Source: a plasmid. From it: a stretch of 64,000 bases of DNA. Under the pieces are notes generated by a model, which did not search any database, was not told the origin of the DNA, and saw nothing but the letters and a program-made list of their open reading frames with translations. Numbering within the stretch: position 1 is the stretch's first letter; each line of letters begins with the position of its first letter. Where the stretch lies: the sequence record NZ_CP119397.1; one strand, given 5' to 3'. Below, piece by piece: positions 9,550 to 19,243 of this stretch. The position numbers were made by a program, and so were the translations under genes.

Positions 9550-10437
9550 TCATTCAATGAACCGGGCGAGCTCTTCAGAGGTGCCGTTGGGAAAACTTTT
9601 TTTCAGGTAGGCAAGGAAGACTGACACCCGCGCACTCAATAACCGGCGTGAAGGGTAGAGTATCCAGAGCGCTGCTGCCGGCCCCGCGATGTCACCCCAT
9701 TTCACCAGCCGCCCGGATGCCAGGTCGTTAAACACCAGAGACAGCGGCAGGCAGGCAACGCCCGCATTCAGCCTGACGGCATCGCGCACCATGATCATCG
9801 ATGAAAGCGACAGCACCGGCGTCACGGCCAGGGGGGTTGGCCCCTGCGGCGTGATGATCTCCCAGTGGGATGGCGGCCCGACCGGCCCGCGGATCACCAC
9901 CGGCACAGGCTCCCCCTCCGCAGGCCGCGCCTGCCTGGGGCCGGCCACCACCACCTGCCGGTCATGCAGGAAAGTCCGGCCGATCAGGGTGGCATCCTCT
10001 TTGGGGTTGACCCGGATCACCAGGTCGTACCCCTCTTCGATCATATCGATTTCACGGTCTTCGGTGGTCACTTCCAGTTGTACCCCAGGGTAGTCCCGCA
10101 TAAAGCCTGCGGCGAGTTTCCCCATCGCCACCTGCGCAAACAGCAGGGGCGCACTGATCCGCAACCGGCCCCGCGGGGTACTGCCGCCGGAGGCTATCGC
10201 CGAGGCGGCTTCCTCAAGCTCGGTCAGCAACTGCCCCGTCCGCCCGTACAGCGCCCGGCCCTCTTCCGTCAGCCGGAGCGTGCGCCCGCGCTCAAACAGC
10301 CGCACGCCCAGGCTGGCCTCTAATTCTGCGACGCGCCGTGACAGGGTCGCCTTGGGGCGCCCGGTGGCACGGGCCGCTTTGCCAAACCCGCCATGCCGGG
10401 CGACGAGGTTGAAATCATTCAGTGCCGGAAGGTCCAT
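9550..10437 (-). CDS. LysR-family transcriptional regulator.
   Basis: HTH (FGKAARATGRPKATLSRRVAELE). AGGTGG RBS 5 nt before the ATG at 10437. Confidence 0.8.
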   Translation of the reverse strand: MDLPALNDFNLVARHGGFGKAARATGRPKATLSRRVAELEASLGVRLFERGRTLRLTEEGRALYGRTGQLLTELEEAASAIASGGSTPRGRLRISAPLLFAQVAMGKLAAGFMRDYPGVQLEVTTEDREIDMIEEGYDLVIRVNPKEDATLIGRTFLHDRQVVVAGPRQARPAEGEPVPVVIRGPVGPPSHWEIITPQGPTPLAVTPVLSLSSMIMVRDAVRLNAGVACLPLSLVFNDLASGRLVKWGDIAGPAAALWILYPSRRLLSARVSVFLAYLKKSFPNGTSEELARFIE

Positions 10438-10543
10438 CTGTTCCACCTGTGAGACGTGATGTCTAACTATAGCGGCTATTCGCCTGTTTTTGGATCAGGG
10501 ATACTCAGGGCGTCGATAGAGACAAACCTTCTGGAGAAATGCC

Positions 10544-11413
10544 ATGACTATCCTCGTAACAGGTGCAACAGGCCGCGTCGGCCGCCATGTGGTTGAACAG
10601 CTGATCAAACGCGGCGCGGCTGTCCGGGTACTGACCCGCGACCCCGCGAAAGCCCGCTTCCCGGCAGGGGTGGACGTCGTGCAGGGTGACCTGCTGGACA
10701 TCACCGCGCTGCGTACCGCCTTCACGGGCGTCAGCGCGCTGTTTCTGCTTAATGCGGTCACGGGGGACGAATTCACCCAGGCGATCATCACCCTGAACAT
10801 CGCGCATGAATGCGGCGTCCGGCGGGTCGTTTACCTCTCGGTGCTGCATGCCGATCGTTTCGTGAATGTGCCCCACTTTGCGGTAAAAGCCGGTGCGGAG
10901 CGGATGCTTGCGCAAATGGGGTTCAGCGCCACCGTGCTGCGCCCGGCCTACTACATGGATAACGAGCAGATGATCAAGGACGTCATCCTCCGGCACGGTG
11001 TCTACCCGATGCCCATCGGCATGAAAGGCGTGGCGATGGTGGATGTCCGCGACATCGCGGAGGTGGCGGCGATTGCGCTGACCCGGCGTGCAGAGGCGCA
11101 GGGCGAACTTCCCTCTGAGGTCATTAACCTGGTGGGGCCGGATACCCTGACGGGGCCGGGCGTGGCCGCGATCTGGGCTGCGTTGCTGGGCCGCCCGGTG
11201 GCCTATGGCGGCGATGACCCCAGCGGGTTTGAACAGAATCTGGCGACGTTTATGCCGCCGTGGATGGCCTATGAGATGCGCCTGATGGCCGGACGCTACG
11301 TCAGTGACGGGATGGTCCCGGAGGCGGGCGACGTCACGCGCCTGACCAGCCTGCTGGGCCGCCCGCTGCACAGCTACCGCGAGTATGCCGCCGGCATGGT
11401 GTCGGCGGGGTGA
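10544..11413 (+). CDS. NmrA-family NAD(P)-binding protein (atypical SDR).
   Basis: ILVTGATGRVG Rossmann motif. Divergent from the LysR gene. Confidence 0.8.
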   Translation: MTILVTGATGRVGRHVVEQLIKRGAAVRVLTRDPAKARFPAGVDVVQGDLLDITALRTAFTGVSALFLLNAVTGDEFTQAIITLNIAHECGVRRVVYLSVLHADRFVNVPHFAVKAGAERMLAQMGFSATVLRPAYYMDNEQMIKDVILRHGVYPMPIGMKGVAMVDVRDIAEVAAIALTRRAEAQGELPSEVINLVGPDTLTGPGVAAIWAALLGRPVAYGGDDPSGFEQNLATFMPPWMAYEMRLMAGRYVSDGMVPEAGDVTRLTSLLGRPLHSYREYAAGMVSAG

Positions 11414-11514
11414 GCTGTCAGGGATGCGGCCCGTCAGCGCCATACCGCCGGGCCGCGGGCCGGCGACGTGCCGGTCACGTCTGCCGCGGTGGGGATCACG
11501 CGCGTGGCGCGGCG

Positions 11515-11934
11515 TTACCTTTTTTCCGCCAGCAGGGTCTGCAGCAGCGTGACCAACTCCTGTTGCTGTGATGTGTTAAGCCGGGTAAGAAAGGCCGCAT
11601 CCACCGCGTCCGCCACCGGGCGCGCCTGCTCAAGCACGGCAGCCCCTTTTGGCGTCAGGGTAATCAGGCGGCGACGCCGGTCAGTCTCCCCCGGCGCGCG
11701 GTTGACCAGCCCTTTTTTCTCCATCCTGACCAGCAGCTCGGCCAGCGTGGCTTTGGTCATCAGCGCATCCCCCATTAATTCCATCTGCTCAATCGCCGGT
11801 TTTTCCGCCACCGCACACAGCACCGAATATTGCTGCTTGGTCAGCTCAGGCAGGGATTTTTGCCATAGCGCGGTATGCTCCTGAAAAAGCTGCCGCATCA
11901 GGTGAAAGGGGATATTGCCAAGGTGATTTTTCAT
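11515..11934 (-). CDS. MarR-family transcriptional regulator.
   Basis: wHTH pattern (LTKQQYSVLCAVAE...DRRRRLITLTPKG). Divergent from the decarboxylase genes. Confidence 0.8.
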   Translation of the reverse strand: MKNHLGNIPFHLMRQLFQEHTALWQKSLPELTKQQYSVLCAVAEKPAIEQMELMGDALMTKATLAELLVRMEKKGLVNRAPGETDRRRRLITLTPKGAAVLEQARPVADAVDAAFLTRLNTSQQQELVTLLQTLLAEKR

Positions 11935-12112
11935 GTAGGGATACCGGTGCCGGCCTGTAAAAGCGCAAGAATACCCTATTCCGCCAGCCCACCGGAACTA
12001 CCACGCCCGATACCCGTGCAAACATTCGTGCACGAACTTTTTTAGCGGCCTGATATTGTCAGCGGCGCAATTCGGCGTTAGGTTATTTATATAGTTCGCA
12101 CACGAACATATT

Positions 12113-12150
12113 GGTTCCACGGTTCCACGGTTCCGCACGCGTTGCGCGTG
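12113..12150. repeat. Tandem GGTTCCAC x3, directly followed by the palindrome GCACGCG-TTG-CGCGTGC.
   Basis: ggttccac ggttccac ggttccgcac, then 7-bp perfect inverted arms. Lies in the MarR/decarboxylase intergenic region, likely an operator cluster. CACGAAC-containing repeats also occur at 12020-12110. Confidence 0.5.
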
Positions 12151-12188
12151 CCCCTTTCATCGCCATGCGCCAGACAGGAGGTATCACC

Positions 12189-13616
12189 ATGGCATTTGAT
12201 GATTTACGCAGTTTTCTCAAGGCACTGGACGAGCAAGGGCAGTTGTTGCATATCGATGAAGAAGTCAACGCCGAGCCGGACATCGCCGCCGCCGCCAACG
12301 CCACCGGCCGCATTGGTGAAGGGGCTCCGGCCCTCTCGTTTACCCGCATCAAAGGGTTTCACCATGCCCATGTAGTGATGAACACGCTCGGCTCGTGGCA
12401 AAACCATGCGATTGCGCTTGGTCTGCCGCCCAATACGCCGGTGAAACAGCAGGTGGATGAGTTCATTCGCCGCTGGGATCATTTCCCCGTTGCGCCTGAG
12501 CGCCGCGACAACCCCGGCTGGGCAGAAAACAGCGTAGACGGCGAGGAGATTAACCTGTTCGACATCCTGCCGCTGTTCCGGCTTAACGACGGCGACGGCG
12601 GGTTTTATCTGGATAAGGCCTGTGTGGTGTCCCGCGACCCGCTGGACCCTGACCATTTCGGCAAGCAGAACGTCGGCATTTACCGCATGGAGGTCAAAGG
12701 CAAACGCAAACTTGGCCTGCAACCGGTACCGATGCATGACATCGCGCTGCACCTGCATAAAGCGGAAGAGCGGGGCGAGGATTTGCCAATCGCCATTACG
12801 CTCGGCAACGACCCAATCATTACCCTGATGGGTGCCACGCCGCTGAAATATGATCAGTCAGAATATGAGATGGCCGGTGCGTTGCGTGAAAGTGCCTATC
12901 CGATCGCCACGGCACCGCTGACCGGCTTCGACGTGCCCTGGGGGTCAGAGGTGATTCTGGAAGGGGTGATCGAAGGGCGCAAGCGTGAAATTGAAGGCCC
13001 CTTTGGTGAATTTACCGGCCATTATTCCGGCGGCCGCAATATGACGGTGGTGCGCATCGATAAGGTTTCCTACCGCACCAAACCGATTTTTGAGTCGCTC
13101 TACCTCGGTATGCCCTGGACGGAGATCGACTACCTGATTGGCCCGGCCACGTGTGTGCCGCTCTACCAGCAGCTGAAAGCGGAATTCCCTGAAGTGCAGG
13201 CGGTGAATGCGATGTACACGCATGGCCTGCTGGCGATTATCTCCACCAAAAAACGTTATGGCGGCTTCGCGCGCGCCGTGGGGTTACGCGCGATGACCAC
13301 CCCGCATGGGCTGGGCTACGTGAAAATGGTGATCATGGTGGATGAGGATGTCGACCCGTTCGACCTGCCGCAGGTGATGTGGGCGCTCTCTTCCAAAGTG
13401 AACCCCGCCGGCGATCTGGTGCAGTTGCCCAATATGTCGGTACTGGAACTTGACCCCGGCTCCAGCCCGGCAGGGATTACCGACAAACTGATTATTGATG
13501 CCACTACGCCTGTTTCACCGGATAACCGCGGCCACTACAGCCAGCCGGTCAAAGATCTTCCCGAAACCGCGCAGTGGGCAGAGAAACTCACCGCCATGCT
13601 GGCTAACCGCAAATAA
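12189..13616 (+). CDS. UbiD-family non-oxidative aromatic acid decarboxylase, subunit C (VdcC/BsdC/EcdC-like).
   Basis: UbiD-family length and N-terminus (MAFDDLRSFLKALDEQGQLLHIDEEV). AGGAGG RBS. A D-subunit gene lies immediately downstream. Confidence 0.85.
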   Translation: MAFDDLRSFLKALDEQGQLLHIDEEVNAEPDIAAAANATGRIGEGAPALSFTRIKGFHHAHVVMNTLGSWQNHAIALGLPPNTPVKQQVDEFIRRWDHFPVAPERRDNPGWAENSVDGEEINLFDILPLFRLNDGDGGFYLDKACVVSRDPLDPDHFGKQNVGIYRMEVKGKRKLGLQPVPMHDIALHLHKAEERGEDLPIAITLGNDPIITLMGATPLKYDQSEYEMAGALRESAYPIATAPLTGFDVPWGSEVILEGVIEGRKREIEGPFGEFTGHYSGGRNMTVVRIDKVSYRTKPIFESLYLGMPWTEIDYLIGPATCVPLYQQLKAEFPEVQAVNAMYTHGLLAIISTKKRYGGFARAVGLRAMTTPHGLGYVKMVIMVDEDVDPFDLPQVMWALSSKVNPAGDLVQLPNMSVLELDPGSSPAGITDKLIIDATTPVSPDNRGHYSQPVKDLPETAQWAEKLTAMLANRK

Positions 13617-13626
13617 GGAGACGCAG

Positions 13627-13860
13627 ATGATTTGCCCCCGCTGTGCCGATGCGCACATTGACACCCTGGCCACCTCGCCGGTTAACCATGTCTGGACGGT
13701 GTACCAATGCCAACGCTGCCTCTATACCTGGCGCGACACCGAACCGGCCCGCCGCACAGAGCGCGAACACTATCCCGAGGCCTTCCGCATGACCCAGCAA
13801 GACATCGATGACGCGCCGGAAGTGCCTGCCATCCCGCCGCTGCTGGCCCCCCGCGGGTAA
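13627..13860 (+). CDS. Hydroxyarylic acid decarboxylase small subunit D (VdcD/BsdD-like).
   Basis: ~77-aa protein with four Cys (CPRC...CQRC), typical of the D subunit. GGAG RBS. Lies 10 nt after the C subunit. Confidence 0.75.
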   Translation: MICPRCADAHIDTLATSPVNHVWTVYQCQRCLYTWRDTEPARRTEREHYPEAFRMTQQDIDDAPEVPAIPPLLAPRG

Positions 13861-13867
13861 TGCCGGG

Positions 13868-13889
13868 GGGAACGGGGAGGCTGCCCCAG
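13868..13889. repeat. ACGGGGAGGC...GCCCC hairpin, short member of a repeated terminator-like motif.
   Basis: aacggggaggctgcccca lies between convergent genes. Related copies occur at 29952 and 31271. Confidence 0.35.
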
Positions 13890-13896
13890 CCTGGGC

Positions 13897-14844
13897 TTAG
13901 CTGCCTGGGCTGACGCCAACAGCCTGCCCACTCTGTACCGGCCGGAAAAACCGGGCCAGCGCTTCCGCCAGGGCCTCAGGTTGCTCATCCGGGATGAAAT
14001 GGCCGCTGTGACTGATCGTGATGCCGGTAACGTCATCCGCAAACCGGCGCAGCGGCACGGCCATATCAGGAATGGAGCCCTGATCGGCGCTGACGGCAAG
14101 CAGCGGCAACGTCAGTTTGCCCTGTTCGCACAGTGCCCGGTTTTGCGCCGCGGAGACGCTCACCTCCCGGTAGGGGGCCAGCCCGGCCCGCAGTGCGCCG
14201 TTCTGTTTTAACAACCGCACATACTCTGCCATATCGGCATCACTGAAGGCCATGGGGCTTGCGGTTTTGCGCCGCAGGAACCAGTCCAGATAAAGCTCTT
14301 CCCGCCCCGTGATTAATGCTTCGGGCAGATCCGGCAATAAATGGAACGCGAAATGCCAGGTTTTCCAGGCGTTGTCCGGGGTGGCCGGCAACGCGTCGGG
14401 CAGGGTAATGCCTGGGATGCCTGCATCAAGCAGCGCCAGTTTGATGACCTGCGGGCTATAACGCAGGGCATACGGCCAGGCCACCCAGGCACCCACATCA
14501 TGGGCTGCGAGATAGTAGCGCCCGATCTCCAGTTGTTGCATCAGCCCCTGCACTTTCGCGGCCAGGGCAAGGGTGTCGTAACCGGATTGCGGCTTGTCAG
14601 AGTCGCCCTGGCCGGGCAGGTCTGGCGCAATGATGTGGTAACGATCGGCCAGCCGGGCCATCACTTTATGCCAGGCGTACCCACTTTGCGGGAAGCCTGC
14701 CAGCAGCAGCAAGGTTTCACCCTGCGGGTTGCCGCCTCTGACGTAGTGCAGGCGGACACCCTCTACCGTCGCGTAATAATGGGCAAAACCAGGCAGGCCG
14801 GCCACCGGTTGTGACCAGGGTTGTGTAATGACTGGGTCAGACAT
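13897..14844 (-). CDS. Alpha/beta-fold hydrolase (epoxide hydrolase-like).
   Basis: HGYP-type N-terminal region (LLLLAGFPQSGYAWH), a nucleophile elbow and catalytic-His region. GGAGG RBS before the ATG at 14844. Confidence 0.8.
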   Translation of the reverse strand: MSDPVITQPWSQPVAGLPGFAHYYATVEGVRLHYVRGGNPQGETLLLLAGFPQSGYAWHKVMARLADRYHIIAPDLPGQGDSDKPQSGYDTLALAAKVQGLMQQLEIGRYYLAAHDVGAWVAWPYALRYSPQVIKLALLDAGIPGITLPDALPATPDNAWKTWHFAFHLLPDLPEALITGREELYLDWFLRRKTASPMAFSDADMAEYVRLLKQNGALRAGLAPYREVSVSAAQNRALCEQGKLTLPLLAVSADQGSIPDMAVPLRRFADDVTGITISHSGHFIPDEQPEALAEALARFFRPVQSGQAVGVSPGS

Positions 14845-14855
14845 GTAAACCTCCA

Positions 14856-14887
14856 ATAATTAGGAAATGGTCATTTCCTTATTGAGC
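14856..14887. promoter_or_regulatory. Palindrome AATAATTAGGAAATGgtCATTTCCTTATTGAG, candidate TetR operator.
   Basis: 8-bp perfect arms AGGAAATG / CATTTCCT with extended imperfect arms. Lies between the tetR stop and the hydrolase RBS. Confidence 0.45.
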
Positions 14888-14894
14888 AAAAATT

Positions 14895-15512
14895 TTACCC
14901 GAGCAGGGTGAGGGCAGTGGCGATCAGCTGTTCGTGTGCCGGCAATTCCCCGGTTTTCCCTGCCACACGCATACCCAGTACCAGGCACAACAACACGCCG
15001 CTCAGTGCGTTCGCATCATGGCGCGGATTCACCGATCCATCCTGCCGGCCCTGTTCAATCAGGTGCTGGAGAGAGTGCAGGTTACGTGTCAGGGCAGCCT
15101 GCACCAGCGCTGAAAGTTCGGCATCCAGGTGCTGTAATTCGACGGCACTGCCGACCACCAGGCAGCCGCGCCGCCCTTCGATACCGCTGGCAGACTCCAG
15201 GTAGAAGCGCAGCAGTTCGGCAATTTTTGCCCGGCCATCAGGCTGATGTGCCAGCCGCTCGCTGAGCGCCTTATTGCGCAGCGAGGTATAACGCGCAAAG
15301 ACCTGCAGGAACAGGCCGCGTTTGTCGTGGAACGCTTTGTAGATACTGCCCACCGTGAGCTGCATGGCCGCACTCAGATCGCTGACCGACGCACCGTGAT
15401 AACCCTTTTCGCGGAACACCAGCATGGCAAGGTCCAGCGCGGTCTCGCGATCAAATTCTCGTGGGCGGCCACGTTCACGTGTTCCAGAATGTTTTTCCGG
15501 CATGATGTTCAT
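14895..15512 (-). CDS. TetR/AcrR-family transcriptional regulator.
   Basis: HTH (ALDLAMLVFREKGYHGASVSDLSAAMQLTVGSIYKAF). Confidence 0.8.
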   Translation of the reverse strand: MNIMPEKHSGTRERGRPREFDRETALDLAMLVFREKGYHGASVSDLSAAMQLTVGSIYKAFHDKRGLFLQVFARYTSLRNKALSERLAHQPDGRAKIAELLRFYLESASGIEGRRGCLVVGSAVELQHLDAELSALVQAALTRNLHSLQHLIEQGRQDGSVNPRHDANALSGVLLCLVLGMRVAGKTGELPAHEQLIATALTLLG

Positions 15513-15540
15513 TATTTAGGAAACGATCGATTCCTAAATA
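15513..15540. promoter_or_regulatory. 28-bp near-perfect palindrome TATTTAGGAAacgatcgaTTCCTAAATA, abutting the tetR start codon.
   Basis: 10-bp perfect arms. Shares the TTAGGAAA/TTTCCTAA core with the 14856 palindrome. Confidence 0.45.
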
Positions 15541-15769
15541 CTTACACAGAGTGGCCAAAATGAAAAGGGGGCGTTTCAGGCTGAAGGCAGAAGAAAGGTT
15601 GAAAACGACACCGCAAAACCGCCGGTGAGCCGACCGCAATTCTTTCCAATACCACGGGGGGGCGAGATGGTTTATTGAAAGCCTGGTTACCCACAAAGGA
15701 AGGACACCGCATGTTTACTCCGCTTTTTTGGCCTGTCACCGGCTTATCTCATCTTAACGGTGTCATCCT

Positions 15770-16408
15770 ATGATGCCGTTCTCAAATGGTTTTTTGCTGA
15801 GCCTGTCGCTGTGCCTGGATATTGGGATTGCCAATATTGCCATGATCACGCTTGCCATGCAGCGGGGGTATTTCTATGGGTTCTGGCTGGGGATCGGCAC
15901 GTGCGTCGGTGATTTGGCCTATGCATTACTGGCGTTGGCGGGGATGGCCGTACTGTTGCAGTATGAGGCTGTGCGGTGGATGCTGTGGGTAGGCGGGGGC
16001 GCGCTGCTGGTGTGGTTCGCGGTCAAAATGATCGTTGCGGCGTTCCAAAAAGCCGCTGAGCTGACGATAAACGAACCGCATCATTCCCGCTCATTGTTCC
16101 GTGAGTTCGGGCGCGGGATATTTCTCGCCATGTCATCGCCCAGCGCCATCCTGTGGTTTGCCACGGCAGGCGGGGCCCTCATCTCGCGGATGGGGCAGCA
16201 TAGCATCACGGCGTCGTCCTGGTTTCTGAGCGGCTTTTTCTTTGCCGGCGTGTGCTGGACTTGCGTGATATGCCTGGCAGGCAGCGTTGGCGGTAAGTTT
16301 CTGGGGCCACGCTTACTTCACTATTCGTATATCGCGTCAGCGGTGATCTTCAGCTACTTTGCCGTTTACGTGATTGTGTCCGGGTACCGGGAATTCATTA
16401 TCACCTGA
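15770..16408 (+). CDS. LysE/RhtB-family amino-acid exporter.
   Basis: ~210-aa protein with 6 TM segments and a LysE-type N-terminus. Confidence 0.8.
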   Translation: MMPFSNGFLLSLSLCLDIGIANIAMITLAMQRGYFYGFWLGIGTCVGDLAYALLALAGMAVLLQYEAVRWMLWVGGGALLVWFAVKMIVAAFQKAAELTINEPHHSRSLFREFGRGIFLAMSSPSAILWFATAGGALISRMGQHSITASSWFLSGFFFAGVCWTCVICLAGSVGGKFLGPRLLHYSYIASAVIFSYFAVYVIVSGYREFIIT

Positions 16409-17189
16409 TCTGCGATGCGTAGTGGTGGGGCGTCGTCCCCATCACTTTACGAAACGCGTTGATAAAGTGGCTCTGGTCATAAAATCCCAGTGACATCGCG
16501 GCATCCAGGGGATGAACCTGATTGCGCAACAGGATGCGCGCTTTATGCAGGCGCAGTTGCATATGGTATTGCAGCGGCGGCATTCCCGTATGCTGTGTGA
16601 ACCGGCGGACAAAATGATATTTACTCAGGCCCGCCACCTCGGCCAGCCTGTCAAGTTGGGGCTTAACGCTGAGGTTTTCGCGTAAATAGTCAATGACCCA
16701 TTGGATCCTGTTTTCTTCATCGCGGGTTAACACCGCCTGCGGCTCCAGGAGTTCACCGCAGAGCAACACCAGCTCCTGCTCCTGGCTGCCGCCCGCCTCC
16801 TCACGCGCCGAGTCAGCAAAACGGCAGAGTGCGCCAAACAGCCGCGGATCGTTAAGAATCCCTTCCCGCAACACCGGGGCTTCATGGCCGCTCTGCATAT
16901 TGTGTTCGGCTGCCAGGGTTTTCAACAGACTCTGGGGCAGATGCACGCTGACAAACTCCACGCGCTCGCTGCCAAAGTGTGAAGCCTGGATCGTGGCGGG
17001 GTTATATAAGGTGACCTGGCCACTTTTCACATACCCGGTGTGGCCCGAGAACCAGATTTCCTCCGTGCCGGTGAGGTTGGCGCTGATCACGTACTCATCA
17101 TGCAGATGCCGGGGAAAGCCGGAATCACAGGCAATTACCCTGGAACACTCGATTCCGTTTTGACTGAACCACTCTGCAGAATGCAGCAT
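16401..17189 (-). CDS. AraC-family transcriptional regulator (N-terminal cupin-like sensor, C-terminal dual HTH).
   Basis: C-terminal AraC HTH region (LSVKPQLDRLAEVAGLSKYHFVRRFTQHTGMPPLQY). The start is ambiguous (ATG at 17189 or 17207). Confidence 0.75.
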   Translation of the reverse strand: MLHSAEWFSQNGIECSRVIACDSGFPRHLHDEYVISANLTGTEEIWFSGHTGYVKSGQVTLYNPATIQASHFGSERVEFVSVHLPQSLLKTLAAEHNMQSGHEAPVLREGILNDPRLFGALCRFADSAREEAGGSQEQELVLLCGELLEPQAVLTRDEENRIQWVIDYLRENLSVKPQLDRLAEVAGLSKYHFVRRFTQHTGMPPLQYHMQLRLHKARILLRNQVHPLDAAMSLGFYDQSHFINAFRKVMGTTPHHYASQIR

Positions 17190-17327
17190 CACTCCCGCCC
17201 CAGGCATTACGCAACAATCATGATCAATATATTCATCAAATCATTAACTGTCCGGGATTTCAACGGCCACGGTATGCCCGGTATATTTTTATCGGCAGCC
17301 GCCTGCCAAGGGCGGTGAAATGCGCTT

Positions 17328-17804
17328 TTATTCGGCAAAGTTCAGCAGCGCTTCCCCATCAAGGCGATAGCGTACCCATTCAGATTGCGGCTGCGCGCCG
17401 ATGCTCAGGTAAAAATCAATGGCGGGCTGGTTCCAGTCCAGCACGCTCCATTCAAGGCGGCCGCACCGCCGTTGCACGGCATATTGCGCGATGGTTTTCA
17501 GCATCGCCTTTCCTGCGCCTTTGCCGCGAAAATCCGGGGAAATGTAGAGATCTTCCATATAGATGCCGTTACGCCCAAGCCAGGTGGAGTAACTGGTGAA
17601 GAAAACCGCATATCCGGCGGTTTTACCTTCAATTTCACAGATCAACGCTTCGGTTTTACTGCCGGCGCCAAACAGGGTTTCGCGGATCTCATCGGGGGTG
17701 GTGACGACTTCTTCCGGCGCTTTTTCATACACGGCCAGTTCATAGATCATCGTGTAAATGGCGGTGGCGTCTTCCGGGCGGGCCTGGCGAATGGTGATGC
17801 TCAT
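17328..17804 (-). CDS. GNAT-family N-acetyltransferase.
   Basis: Acetyl-CoA binding motif (RGKGAGKAML). Confidence 0.8.
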   Translation of the reverse strand: MSITIRQARPEDATAIYTMIYELAVYEKAPEEVVTTPDEIRETLFGAGSKTEALICEIEGKTAGYAVFFTSYSTWLGRNGIYMEDLYISPDFRGKGAGKAMLKTIAQYAVQRRCGRLEWSVLDWNQPAIDFYLSIGAQPQSEWVRYRLDGEALLNFAE

Positions 17805-18031
17805 GAATTTTCCTGTGATTTCTGGATGGGTCAGGCATTGGGGGCGTCAAGCATAAGCATTATTGCCGGAAGAGTTAAGTGCAACGAAGTCATTGAATGA
17901 TGAATATTATTCAGCCCGCGCCTGCTCTTTACCTGGCGCGGGCTGGGTAACGATGGCCTGCTCACTATCAGAAACGGGCATCACGCGTTATCTTTCATTC
18001 ACACCCTCATCGGGTAACTGAACGCCATTTA

Positions 18032-18763
18032 TCACACTTGTGTCAGCCCACCATCCACACAGATCTCTGCGCCGGCGATATAGCTGCTTTCATCACTCGC
18101 CAGAAACAGCGCCGCATTCGCCACTTCTTCCGCTTTGCCCATTCTGGCTAAGGGGATGGCGCTGATTATTCCACTGCGTACCTCCTCCGGCGCGGCCAGC
18201 ATCATGCCGGTATCGATAGGGCCGGGGGCGACCACGTTTACACGAATGCCCCTGGCGGAGAGTTCGCGTGTCCAGGTGCGGGCAAAAGAACGCAGTGCCG
18301 CTTTGCTGGCACCATACACGCCATATCCCGGCGTGCCGATGACATCGGCAACCGACCCTATCAACACGACGCTGGCACCCGCTTTCATCAGTGGGAGCGC
18401 CGCCTGGAGGGCAAAAAGCGGGGATCGGACATTCAGGCCGAAAGTCTGATCAAAATGCGCGGGGGTGATGTCATCAAGGGTGGCGTACTCTGACATGCCG
18501 GCGTTAATCACCAAAATATCAATCTGGCCGGACTCCGATGTAATCGTCCCGACGATGCGGGTCAGCTCGCTTAGCTGGCTGACATCAGCGCGCAGCGGCC
18601 TGGCATCGCCAGTGAGGGTGTGGCCGGCGGCATCTAACTCCTCATCCCGGCGCGAGGTAAACCAGGTGGTGGCCCCTTCACCGGCAAACCGTTGGGTAAT
18701 GGCAAGGCCAATGCTTTTGGCACCGCCCAGTATCAGGGCAACTTTGTTGTCTAATCGGCTCAT
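18032..18763 (-). CDS. SDR-family oxidoreductase.
   Basis: Glycine-rich motif (GGAKSIG) and YGASKAAL catalytic motif. AGGAG RBS before the ATG at 18763. Confidence 0.8.
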   Translation of the reverse strand: MSRLDNKVALILGGAKSIGLAITQRFAGEGATTWFTSRRDEELDAAGHTLTGDARPLRADVSQLSELTRIVGTITSESGQIDILVINAGMSEYATLDDITPAHFDQTFGLNVRSPLFALQAALPLMKAGASVVLIGSVADVIGTPGYGVYGASKAALRSFARTWTRELSARGIRVNVVAPGPIDTGMMLAAPEEVRSGIISAIPLARMGKAEEVANAALFLASDESSYIAGAEICVDGGLTQV

Positions 18764-18862
18764 CTGCTGACTCCTGTTCGGATGGAAAACAGATGATATA
18801 TTTTTTATACTTAATAACAATTACGCACTTTGTTTATACCAGGTATCGCGGAGTATATCGCC

Positions 18863-19243
18863 ATGACACAGATTGAGAGCACCAGCCTGAGGGATGTGGG
18901 AAAAACCCGCCCAGTCCTTGAGAACATCACCAACAAGTGGTCGATTTTAATCCTCACCGTGCTGTGTACCGAACCCGCCCGCTTCAATGAACTTCGCCGC
19001 CGGCTGGATGGGATTACGCACAAAGCCTTGTCTGACGCGCTTAAGCGGCTTGAACGCAATGGGCTGGTGCACCGGAAAGTGCTGCCTACATCGCCGGTGA
19101 GTGTGGAGTACAGCCTGACCCCATTGGCAAAGACGCTTCAGGAACCTTTTATTGCGCTGTATGAATGGGCGCTAAAATATGGCCCGGAAATGGAACAGGC
19201 GCAGGCGCGGTATGACACCACGCATCCGGACACGCCTTGTTGA
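18863..19243 (+). CDS. HxlR-family (winged-helix) transcriptional regulator.
   Basis: HxlR signature (NKWSILILTVLCTEPARFNELRRRLDGITHKALSDALKRLERNGLV). Divergent from the SDR gene. Confidence 0.8.
   Translation: MTQIESTSLRDVGKTRPVLENITNKWSILILTVLCTEPARFNELRRRLDGITHKALSDALKRLERNGLVHRKVLPTSPVSVEYSLTPLAKTLQEPFIALYEWALKYGPEMEQAQARYDTTHPDTPC

Noticed and set aside
12111-13616. The longer 501-aa version of the UbiD-like ORF.
   Set aside because: The ATG at 12189 has an AGGAGG RBS and gives the canonical UbiD-family N-terminus. The upstream extension overlaps operator-like repeats.
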